From contig OZ219871.1 in the NCBI GenBank assembly GCA_964291495.2, positions 608,001 to 672,000 on the forward strand: a DNA stretch of 64,000 nucleotides. The letters run 5' to 3'. Position 1 is the first letter of the stretch. Each line of letters starts with the position of its first letter. Shown here one piece after another: positions 9,076 to 17,447 of this stretch. Source of the stretch: Dehalococcoidia bacterium. Its GTDB lineage: Bacteria; Chloroflexota; Dehalococcoidia; UBA2979. Below the pieces are notes generated by a model. That model was not told the origin of the DNA, ran no database searches, and saw only the letters and a list, made by a program, of their open reading frames with translations. The position numbers and the translations under genes are program-made.

Positions 9076-10461
9076 TCAGTCGGCGCTCTCCGCCTCCGGG
9101 CCGTCCCTATCCTCCGGGGTTGTGCCCGCGGCGCCGCGCGGCTGGCGCGGCTCATCCCACCGGTTCAGCCGCCGGTTCAGCCGGCGTCCCAGCCGCCTGC
9201 CCAGCCAGAACAGCCCGGCAGCAAACGGCACGATCCACAGGAACGGGATCGCGACGCCGAGCGCCAGCACCCCCAGCCGGGCGAGCGTCACGACCGCGCT
9301 CCAGCTCCCGCGGAGCCCGTCGACGAAGGTCGGCAGGGAGTCATCCTCGATCACCTCGTACTCGAAGATGTCGTAGTCGGCGCCGACCGTGATGCGCAGC
9401 GGCTCGCCGTCCGGGTCAACTGCCACGGCGGAAACCTCCGGTACCGGCCCCGTCCCCAGCTCGGCCTCGGTCAGGAAGTAGCCGAGGAGTCGCTCGCCGG
9501 GCTGGAGCGGGCCTGCGACCGAGCCCTCGAGGGCGACGAAGTCGTCATCGTCGAGGTCGAGGCCGAAGTCGCGAATCTCGATCTCGGTCAGCGCGGCGTT
9601 CCCCGTGTTCTCGACCGAGACGCAGATCGTGATCGCCTCGCCCTCGTCGACCGCGAGGTCGTCGGCGGCGGGGCAGCGAGCGCCGTCGTCGTGCCCGGCG
9701 TAGGCCGTCTGCACGAGCTCGACGCTCGCCTCCGGGCGCTCGGGCGCCGGCTCCACCAGCGTGAGGAAGATCGTCGCCAGCGCGACCTGGTCCTGGAGCG
9801 TGCGCAGCTGCCCGCGCAGCCGCTCGAGGTCGGTCTCGCGGTTGAGCAACTGCGACTCGAGCTCGGCGACGGTCTCGAGGTCGGTTGCGTTCGCGAGGAA
9901 GTTGCGCAACCGCTCGACCGAGGCGCGGGCGGTGATGATGCGGCTTTCGAGGTCGACGACTCGCTCGGTCACGTCGTCCGCCGAGATCTGCTGACTCCTC
10001 AGCTTGCCGAGGGCCTCGAGGCGGCGCATTGCCTCCGTGAAGTCCTCCGGCAGCACCTTGAAGGTGAGCTCGGTGCGGGGCGCCGGATCGCTGGTCGTGT
10101 GCTGACCGAAGACGAGGCCACCGAGCCCCGCGATCGCCACCTGCGCCTGCTGCGTCGCCAGGCCAACGTCAGCCACCTCGACGAACATCGTGCCGACGTA
10201 CACGATCGAGCGCCCTGTCCCTACCTGCTGGAAGGCGAGCCGTTCGCCGTCCGCCCCACTCGGGGCGTCGGCGGTGACGACTGCGGCTGCGGTGGGCCTC
10301 GGGGCGGCGGTGGGCGCAGCGGCTACTGTCGCGATGGGTGCGGCGGTCGCCGCCGGGGGAGCGGACGCGTACTCCTCGCTGTCGTCGCCGGCGCTGCAGG
10401 CCATGAGCAGCGCCGCCACCAGCAGCAGCGGAATGAGGGCAAGCCCGATCCATCTCGCCAT
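9076..10461 (-). CDS. DUF4349-domain lipoprotein with C-terminal TM helix
   Basis: Lipobox LMAC, Ala/Pro/Thr linker, DVTERVVDLESRI...LESQL..RETDLERLRGQLRTLQDQVALATI, C-terminal hydrophobic helix; AAGGAG RBS. Confidence 0.8.
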   Translation of the reverse strand: MARWIGLALIPLLLVAALLMACSAGDDSEEYASAPPAATAAPIATVAAAPTAAPRPTAAAVVTADAPSGADGERLAFQQVGTGRSIVYVGTMFVEVADVGLATQQAQVAIAGLGGLVFGQHTTSDPAPRTELTFKVLPEDFTEAMRRLEALGKLRSQQISADDVTERVVDLESRIITARASVERLRNFLANATDLETVAELESQLLNRETDLERLRGQLRTLQDQVALATIFLTLVEPAPERPEASVELVQTAYAGHDDGARCPAADDLAVDEGEAITICVSVENTGNAALTEIEIRDFGLDLDDDDFVALEGSVAGPLQPGERLLGYFLTEAELGTGPVPEVSAVAVDPDGEPLRITVGADYDIFEYEVIEDDSLPTFVDGLRGSWSAVVTLARLGVLALGVAIPFLWIVPFAAGLFWLGRRLGRRLNRRLNRWDEPRQPRGAAGTTPEDRDGPEAESAD

Positions 10462-10619
10462 CGGGGACTCCTTCCGCTGCGGCGGCCGCCGCCCTCCGAT
10501 CAATAGTACGCAGGCAAGCCGCGGATGGTTCCCGGGTCCTGGATTCCGACGACGCAGCCGCCCCGATATGATCGATGCAGGGCGCGAATCCGCGACCGCC
10601 AACCGCTGCGAGGTGCGGG

Positions 10620-12035
10620 ATGAGATCGATGCGGCTTGCGCAGCTGCTGATCGCGCTGGCGGCGGCCACCTTCGTCGCCTGTACGGACGGGGAAGACGCG
10701 AGCCCGCCCGATGCGGGCCCAGACCCAACTCCGTCCGCTGCGCCCACCTCCGCGCCGGCCTCGCCTTCGCCCGCCTCGGGGCCGAGTGTCGAGCGAGACC
10801 TGAGCTTCCTCGCCGACTCCACTCCCGACTTCCAGACGGCGAGGATCAGGCGAGTCGGGGAGTCCGGCGACATCCGGTTCGCGTGGATGATCGTGGACAT
10901 GATGCGGTTCGTCCCGCCGGGACCCTCGGGCGTCCATGGAGCGCTGGTGACCGCCTTCGCAAGACTGACGGGACAGCCCGAGGACGCCGTCGACTTCTGG
11001 GTCAAGGCCAGCAACCACCTGCTGGCGAACGACGTCCCCGCACCGGACGGGTACCGGGAGTGGAAAGGCCGGGTCTACACCTGGTTCGTCGAGGAGTGGG
11101 CGCCGTTCTTCGACGACGCCGACGCCGACGTCGACTGGCGTCTGATCTCCTGGGGCGGCGTCGGGATCGACGATCGACCGATCAGGGGCTTCGAGGACCG
11201 CCCGATCGAGGAGGTCGACCCGTTCTGCGCCTGCATCCCGGCGCTCGAGGATCCCGCCGTCACCGACGCAGCAGGTGGCGCCTGGTACCCCGACGATCGG
11301 CTGGTCTTCGGCGTCGCGCTCAACGGCGAGGCGCGCGCCTACCCGCAGAACCAGATGCAGGTGCACGAGATGGTCAACGACACCCTCGGCGGCAGGCGAA
11401 TCGCCCTCGCCTACTGCACGCTCTGCGGCACGGCCCAGGCATTCCTCACCGACGTGCTCCCCGAGGGCGTCACGACGCCCACCGGCGCCCTTCAACTGCG
11501 CACGTCCGGCCTGCTGTCCCGATCCAACAAGGTGATGTTCGACCTGCACACGTTCTCGTTCTTCGACACGTTCCGGGGCCGCGCGATCAGCGGGCCGCTG
11601 CAAGACGCCGGCGTCGAACTGGAGCCGCTCACAGTCGCCGTCGCCACGTGGGGCGAGTGGAAGGCCGGCCACCCCGGGACGACGATCGTGGCGGAGGACG
11701 GCGGCATCGGGCGGAGCTACCGCGACGACCCGCTCGGAGGGCGAGACGACGACGGGCCGATCTTCCCGATCGGCGACGCGGACCCGCGCCTGCCGGTGCA
11801 GGACCAGGTCCTCGGCGTCCGAACCGACCGCGTTACGGTCGCGTTCCCCGAGGTGACCGTGCGGGCGGCGCTCGCCCAGGGCCTGCCCGTCGAGCACGAG
11901 GGCGTCACGGTGCGGCTCGTCGCGGGCGCGCTCGCCGCCTTCGATCGCGACGGCGAGCAGATCGCGACCCACCAGTCCTTCTGGTTCGCCTGGAGCCAGT
12001 TCTTCCCGGAGACCGAGCTGTGGTCCGGGAGCTAG
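10620..12035 (+). CDS. DUF3179-domain lipoprotein (Cys form)
   Basis: Lipobox FVAC; IPALEDP, EARAYP, HEMVNDTLGG, YCTLC, TSGLLSRSNKVMFD, FWFAWSQFFP. Confidence 0.88.
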   Translation: MRSMRLAQLLIALAAATFVACTDGEDASPPDAGPDPTPSAAPTSAPASPSPASGPSVERDLSFLADSTPDFQTARIRRVGESGDIRFAWMIVDMMRFVPPGPSGVHGALVTAFARLTGQPEDAVDFWVKASNHLLANDVPAPDGYREWKGRVYTWFVEEWAPFFDDADADVDWRLISWGGVGIDDRPIRGFEDRPIEEVDPFCACIPALEDPAVTDAAGGAWYPDDRLVFGVALNGEARAYPQNQMQVHEMVNDTLGGRRIALAYCTLCGTAQAFLTDVLPEGVTTPTGALQLRTSGLLSRSNKVMFDLHTFSFFDTFRGRAISGPLQDAGVELEPLTVAVATWGEWKAGHPGTTIVAEDGGIGRSYRDDPLGGRDDDGPIFPIGDADPRLPVQDQVLGVRTDRVTVAFPEVTVRAALAQGLPVEHEGVTVRLVAGALAAFDRDGEQIATHQSFWFAWSQFFPETELWSGS

Positions 12036-12092
12036 CGAGCGGCGGAGCGTCGCACCGACGCCTGCCGGTTACCGAGTGCTAGGATCGGGGCC

Positions 12093-13034
12093 GTGGCGAG
12101 CGTAGCCGTCATCGGCGCCGGGGCGGTCGGCTCCTACTACGGTGCGCGCCTCGCGCAGGCCGGGCACGACGTACGCTTCTTGCTCCGCCGCGACTACGAC
12201 GCCGTCGCCGAGCACGGCCTGCGCATCGAGTCACACTACGGCGACTTCGCCCTCGAGCGCCCCGCGATTGCCCGCGACCCGGCTGCCATCGGCCCGGTCG
12301 ACTGGGTGCTCTGCGGCCTCAAGACCACCGCCCTCGAGGATGCAGCCGCCCTGATCCGCCCCTGCCTCGCGCCCGGGACGCGCGTGCTCGCCATCATGAA
12401 CGGCCTTGGCATCGAGGAGCGCCTCGCGGTCTCGCTCGGCACGGAACGCGTCTTCGGCGGCCTCGCCTTCACCTGCATCAACCGGGGCGAACCCGGCGTG
12501 ATCCACCACATCGAGTACGGCCAGGTCGGCATCGCGCACCTCGGCGACGACCCCGCCGAGCTCGACTGCGCCCTCGCGCTCTGGCAGGACGCGACCGTCG
12601 AGATCGTCCGTCAGCCCTCGCTGCTGCGCGCGCGCTGGGAGAAGCTCTGCTGGAACGTCCCCTTCAACGGCCTCACCGTCGCCGCCGGCGGCGTCGACAC
12701 CGAGGCGATCGTCACCGACCCCGCACTGCGCGCCGAGGCGCGCGCGCTGATGGAAGAGGTCGTCGCTGCCGGCAACGCCAACCTCGCCGCCGCCGGCAGC
12801 CCCGAGCGCATCGACGGCGAAGCCGTGATCGCGCGGATGTTCACCCTCACCGACGCGATGGGGCCCTACCGGCCCAGCACCCTCATCGACTACCTCGAGG
12901 GCCGCGCGATCGAGGTGGACGCCATCTTTGCCGAGCCCGCCCGCCGCGCGCGCGCCCTTGGCGTCCCGACCCCGCGGATGGAGCTGCTGACCGCGCTCCT
13001 CGCCCGGCTCGACCCGGGCAGGCTCGAGGGCTGA
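12093..13034 (+). CDS. panE: Ketopantoate reductase (ApbA/PanE) family protein
   Basis: VIGAGAVG, MNGLG, WEKLCWNVPFN, RPSTLID, EVDAI; TAGGAT -10 lies 7 nt before the GTG. Confidence 0.8.
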   Translation: MASVAVIGAGAVGSYYGARLAQAGHDVRFLLRRDYDAVAEHGLRIESHYGDFALERPAIARDPAAIGPVDWVLCGLKTTALEDAAALIRPCLAPGTRVLAIMNGLGIEERLAVSLGTERVFGGLAFTCINRGEPGVIHHIEYGQVGIAHLGDDPAELDCALALWQDATVEIVRQPSLLRARWEKLCWNVPFNGLTVAAGGVDTEAIVTDPALRAEARALMEEVVAAGNANLAAAGSPERIDGEAVIARMFTLTDAMGPYRPSTLIDYLEGRAIEVDAIFAEPARRARALGVPTPRMELLTALLARLDPGRLEG

Positions 13035-13161
13035 CGGGCCGGCGCCTGCGGCTCGCGCGCGGCACGGTCGCCGGCACCGCCGGGATGCCGGGCTCGTTGG
13101 CGTCTGCGGCTGAGAGCGTCGAGACTATCTTCAGGGTTTCGCTGGATGCCGGAGGACCGAG

Positions 13162-14121
13162 ATGCACGCGCCGCTGCCCGTGATCGTGCAGGGGTTGGGG
13201 CCCATCGGGCTGCTCATCACCGAGGCCGCACTGGCGGACCCCTTCCTCGAGGTCGTCGGTGCGGTCGAGATCCGGCCGGAGCTGGCCGGACGGCCGCTCA
13301 CGGACTTCGTTGACGGCGCGCCCGGGATCACGGTGCGGCCCGCGCTCGCCGAGGCTGTGGCCGACTCGCGGTCGGACGGCGCCATCCTCATGCACTGCAC
13401 CGGCTCCCACCTCGATCGGGTCTCCCCGCAGATCGAGGAGGCGCTGCGGCAGGGGCTGCACGTCGTCTCGACCTGCGAGGAGCTGACGTTCGCCGAGGCG
13501 CGGCACGCCGAGATCGCGGCCGCCCTCGATCGACTCGCGAGAGGAGCGGAGCGGACGGTCGTCGCAACGGGTGTCAATCCCGGATTCCTGATGGATGCGC
13601 TCCCCGCCTCGCTGGCCTCGATCTCCCACGGCATCAGGTCGGTCGCGGTGCGCCGCGTACAGGATCCATCGAGGCGGCGGACACCGTTCCAGCAGAAGGT
13701 GGGCATGGGCCTCTCACCCGCGGAGTGGGAGGAGCGGCGCGCCGCGGGCGGCTTCGGCCACGTCGGTCTCATGGAGTCGGCTTGCCTGCTCGCCTCCGCG
13801 CTGGGCTGGGCAGTCGTCGACTGGCAACACGAGATGGTTCCCTGCCGCGCGGACCGTGGCGATCTGGTTACGGGCACCCTCGAGACGCTTGAGGGCTCGA
13901 CCTCCGACGGCCGCGCCATCCGCCTCCACTTCGAGGCGAACGCCGCGGTCGACGGGGAGTTCGACGAGATCGTCGTGGACGGCACCCCGCCCCTCACGCT
14001 GCGCTTCGAGGGCGGGGTCTTCGGTGACGACGCGACGGCGGCGGCGGTGCTGCGGGCCGCACGGGTGATCCCGAACACGCGCCGCGGGCTCATGACCGTC
14101 CTCGATCTGCCCCTGCGCTGA
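13162..14121 (+). CDS. Dihydrodipicolinate-reductase-like / 2,4-diaminopentanoate-dehydrogenase-like NAD(P)-dependent amine dehydrogenase family protein
   Basis: GLGPIG, VVSTCEEL, TGVNPGFLMDALP, FQQKVGMG, GHVGLMES, GDDATAA; GGAGGA RBS. Confidence 0.8.
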   Translation: MHAPLPVIVQGLGPIGLLITEAALADPFLEVVGAVEIRPELAGRPLTDFVDGAPGITVRPALAEAVADSRSDGAILMHCTGSHLDRVSPQIEEALRQGLHVVSTCEELTFAEARHAEIAAALDRLARGAERTVVATGVNPGFLMDALPASLASISHGIRSVAVRRVQDPSRRRTPFQQKVGMGLSPAEWEERRAAGGFGHVGLMESACLLASALGWAVVDWQHEMVPCRADRGDLVTGTLETLEGSTSDGRAIRLHFEANAAVDGEFDEIVVDGTPPLTLRFEGGVFGDDATAAAVLRAARVIPNTRRGLMTVLDLPLR

Positions 14122-14138
14122 GGCCACGACGCCCCGCG

Positions 14139-17100
14139 TTACTCCGGCTCGTCGAGGAACCCGGCGTCGGCGGGCTCGAGCAGGACGCCGGCGTCGACGC
14201 GCTCGCGAGCCTCGGCGAGGGCTGCCGTAACCTCGGCCGGCGGTGGGCTCGCCAGCTCGCCGCTGCGCAGGAAGAGCAGGGCGGCGCTCACCGGAGCGCC
14301 GACGGCGGCCTCGAGGGCGCGCTGGTAGAGGCCGATCTGCACGGCGTAGCGGCTTGCCACCTCCAGCGCCGAGGTGCCGTCCAGCCGGTCGCTCTTGAAG
14401 TCGACCACGTGCCAGCCGCCCGCGTCGCGGTAGACGAGGTCGATGCTGCCGTGGACGGGCACCCCGTCCCAGTCCCAGGCGAAGGGCAGCTCGAACCAGC
14501 GCTCGACGTCCGGCGAGGCCAGCGCCTCGGCGACCGGCGAGCCCGTGTAGCGGTCGAGCATCTCCCGGACCTCGGCGGCCAGCCGTTGCGCCGTCGCCTC
14601 GTCGAGGGCGCGGTCGCTCTGCTCGCGGGCGAGGTCTACGAGCCGCTCGTGGTCGAGGGAGTCGGGCGCGCCTCCGGAGACCTCGAGGGCGCGATGCACG
14701 ACGAGGCCGCGTAGCGCCGCGAGGCCGTCGCCGCGCCCGTAATGCTGCCGCTCGGTCTGCGGAGGGCGCAGCGCCGTGACGGGCGTGCTCGCGCGCAGCG
14801 GAATCACGGGCGGCCGCTCCAGCAGCGGCGGGACATAGTCCTGCTCCTCGGAGGCGGCGGGGGGCCGGAGGATGGGCGGTGCTTGCCGCCGCGCGAGGGC
14901 GCTCGTGTCCGGTGGCAGCGGCTCGCGCAGCTCGATCGCGCGCAGGGCGCCGCCCTCGTGGGCGTCGAGCACGGCGTGCAGCCAGCCGCCCCGGCCCGAC
15001 TCGTCGCCCGAGATGTTGAGATAGTCACCCGCCCGCGTGGCGGCGACGTAGAAGAGGCGCCGGTGCTCCTCGGCGTCCTCCTCCTCGTCGCGTCGCGCAA
15101 GGTGCTCGTAGAAGCCGGGACGGGGCCGCCTGTCGTCGTCCTCGTCGGGCTTCAGGGTCACGGAGACGCCGTCCTCGCGAGACCAGCGCACGGCGTCCCA
15201 GGACCGGATCGAGGCAAGATGCGCCTCCGGCACGAACACGATCGGGAACTCGAGGCCCTTCGCGCCGTGCACCGTCATCAGCTGCACCGCGTCGGGGCGG
15301 TCGAGCGTGGCCGGCCCCTCGCGCGGGTCGAGGTCGTCGCGGCGCTGCCCGAGGTAGGAGACCACCTCGGAGAGCGGGTGCCCGGCCAGGGTGCGCACGA
15401 TGCGCAGCAGCTTGCGGATGTTCGCGCGGGCCTGCTCGCCGCCGGCGAGCGGCGCCCACGACGCCTCGAAGGCGCTGCGCTCCAACGCCAGCTCGAGCAG
15501 CGCGTCGGCCGGCAGCGAGGCGGCGGCGCGGCGCAGCTCGGCGAGTGTCCCGGCGGCGTGCGCGCAGCGCGCGCGGTCGTCGCCGCCGACCTCCGGGGGC
15601 GGATCGGCGAGCGCAGCCCGGAGCGGCCTTCCTCGCTGGCCGCGCAGCGCCAGCAGCGTGTCGTCGGCGAGGGCGAAGAAGGGCGAGCGCAGCACGCCGC
15701 TGAGCGCGAGCTCGTCCTGCGGTTCCGCCAGCCAGCGCAGCAGGTTGATGCAGTCGAGCACCTCCTGCCGCGTGAAGAAGCCGGTGCCGCTTGGCGTCGC
15801 GGCCGCCACGCCGTGCGTGTCGAGGGCCTGCTGGAAGACGTGCACGTTGGCGAAGCGCCTCAGGAGGATCGCGATGTCGCCGGGCCGCGCCGGGCGCAAC
15901 CGGTCGTCGTGCCGGTCCCAGACCAGCCGCCCCTCGTCGAGCAGCCTCCGGATCTCCGCCGCGACGGCGTCCGCCTCGACGCGCCGCCGGTCGTAGCCGG
16001 AGGCTCCGCTCGCGACCTGCGTCAGCGTGAGGTGCGGGCCGCCCGATGGCGCGGCGGCGGGGCGGCCCGTCATCGGCGGCAGCGCCGCGAGGTCCAACTC
16101 AGTCCCCTCGAACACCTCGCCAAAGAGCTCGTTGATGCGGCTCACCAGGTCGTCGTGGCTGCGGAACGAGCGGCTGAGCGGGAGCAGCGGTCCGCCTCGC
16201 GAGGCCACGAGGTCCTGCAACGCCGTGAAGCGGCGCACGTCCGCTCCGCGGAAGCGGTAGATCGATTGCCGCGCGTCGCCGACGAGGAAGAGCGCGGGGC
16301 GCGGCCCGCCGCCGTCGCCCCCGGCGATCAGCTCGATCAGCTCCGCCTGCACCGGGTTGATGTCCTGCGACTCGTCGACCATGAGGTGGAGGAAACGCCC
16401 GCGCACCGCGGCGGCCACGGCCGGATGGTCGCGCAGCAGCGCGACGGCGCCGCGCTCCAGATCGAGGAAGTCGAGCGCGTTCTGCGCCTGCTTGGCCGCC
16501 TCGTAGCGCCGCGCCGCGTCCTCGAAGAGCGCCCGCAGCCCGGCGAGCACCCTGAGGGCCGGTCCGTCATGCTCGTTCCACACGGGCAGCTTGCCTGCGT
16601 CGTCGTTGAGCTCGCGCAGCTCGCGCATCGCATCCTTGACGTTGACGGCGGCGTCGGCGTTGCCCCCGCTCTGCAGGTTGGTTTGCGATCGCGCCTCGGC
16701 AAGGAGGGCGGCGAAGTCCCCCCACTCCTGCGCCTCGCAGGCCGCGGTGAGCGGCTGCAGGACGTCGGACGCCACCTCGGCGAGTCGCTCGCTCACGTTG
16801 CCCGCATCGCGCCTGATCTGCCCGGCGATCTCCCTGGCCTGCCTCCGGATCTCCGTCTGTCGCGGCCCGTAGTGCGCCTCGAGGACCGCGCGCACGCGGG
16901 CGGGCCATGCGGCGCTGTCCGCGCCCATTGCCGCGAAGGCGGCCCGGACGGCGTCCCGCTGCGCGACCATGCGCGGGAGCTGGAGGCCCGCGTGGTAGAC
17001 GCCGATCCCGAGCAGTGCGCGCGTCCGCTCGCCGCCTGCCTCGGCGGCCGCGTCGATCGCCTCGATGCAGGCGGCGCGGCGCAGCAGCTCCGCCTCGTCG

Positions 17101-17447
17101 TCGGCGAGGACGGCGGCCGCTGGGTCGAGCCCCGCCTCGACGGGGTGCTCGCGCAGCAGGCGCAGGCCCAGCGAGTGGACGGTCCCGATCGCCGCCTCGT
17201 CGAGCAGCGCGCGGTGCTGCTCCAGCGTGGGGTCCTCCATCACCTCTCGACGCACGCGGTCGCGCATCTCGGCGGCGGCCGCCTCGGTGAAGGTGATGGC
17301 CGCGATCTGCGGGATCGCGCACTCGCGCAGCAGCTGCACGTAGCGCTCGACGAGCACGCGCGTCTTGCCGCTGCCCGCGCCCGCCGAGACCGCGAGGTCC
17401 GAGGCCTCCGCCTCGATGATCGCCCGCTGCTCGGCGGTCAGGTCCAC
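14139..17447 (-). CDS. addA: AddA-type UvrD helicase with C-terminal PD-(D/E)XK nuclease
   Basis: LTAEQ, AGAGSGKT, TFTEAAAAEM, VDESQD, VGDARQSIYRFRGA, MTVHGAKGLEF, YVAATRA, GSIDL...VVDFKS; GTG at 17447 after GAGGTGG. Confidence 0.9.
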   Translation of the reverse strand: MDLTAEQRAIIEAEASDLAVSAGAGSGKTRVLVERYVQLLRECAIPQIAAITFTEAAAAEMRDRVRREVMEDPTLEQHRALLDEAAIGTVHSLGLRLLREHPVEAGLDPAAAVLADDEAELLRRAACIEAIDAAAEAGGERTRALLGIGVYHAGLQLPRMVAQRDAVRAAFAAMGADSAAWPARVRAVLEAHYGPRQTEIRRQAREIAGQIRRDAGNVSERLAEVASDVLQPLTAACEAQEWGDFAALLAEARSQTNLQSGGNADAAVNVKDAMRELRELNDDAGKLPVWNEHDGPALRVLAGLRALFEDAARRYEAAKQAQNALDFLDLERGAVALLRDHPAVAAAVRGRFLHLMVDESQDINPVQAELIELIAGGDGGGPRPALFLVGDARQSIYRFRGADVRRFTALQDLVASRGGPLLPLSRSFRSHDDLVSRINELFGEVFEGTELDLAALPPMTGRPAAAPSGGPHLTLTQVASGASGYDRRRVEADAVAAEIRRLLDEGRLVWDRHDDRLRPARPGDIAILLRRFANVHVFQQALDTHGVAAATPSGTGFFTRQEVLDCINLLRWLAEPQDELALSGVLRSPFFALADDTLLALRGQRGRPLRAALADPPPEVGGDDRARCAHAAGTLAELRRAAASLPADALLELALERSAFEASWAPLAGGEQARANIRKLLRIVRTLAGHPLSEVVSYLGQRRDDLDPREGPATLDRPDAVQLMTVHGAKGLEFPIVFVPEAHLASIRSWDAVRWSREDGVSVTLKPDEDDDRRPRPGFYEHLARRDEEEDAEEHRRLFYVAATRAGDYLNISGDESGRGGWLHAVLDAHEGGALRAIELREPLPPDTSALARRQAPPILRPPAASEEQDYVPPLLERPPVIPLRASTPVTALRPPQTERQHYGRGDGLAALRGLVVHRALEVSGGAPDSLDHERLVDLAREQSDRALDEATAQRLAAEVREMLDRYTGSPVAEALASPDVERWFELPFAWDWDGVPVHGSIDLVYRDAGGWHVVDFKSDRLDGTSALEVASRYAVQIGLYQRALEAAVGAPVSAALLFLRSGELASPPPAEVTAALAEARERVDAGVLLEPADAGFLDEPE

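Noticed and set aside
9157-9190. 12-bp tandem repeat (ccggttcagccg) in the DUF4349 gene tail
   Set aside because: Two copies encoding RRLNRRLN in a disordered tail; trivial slippage
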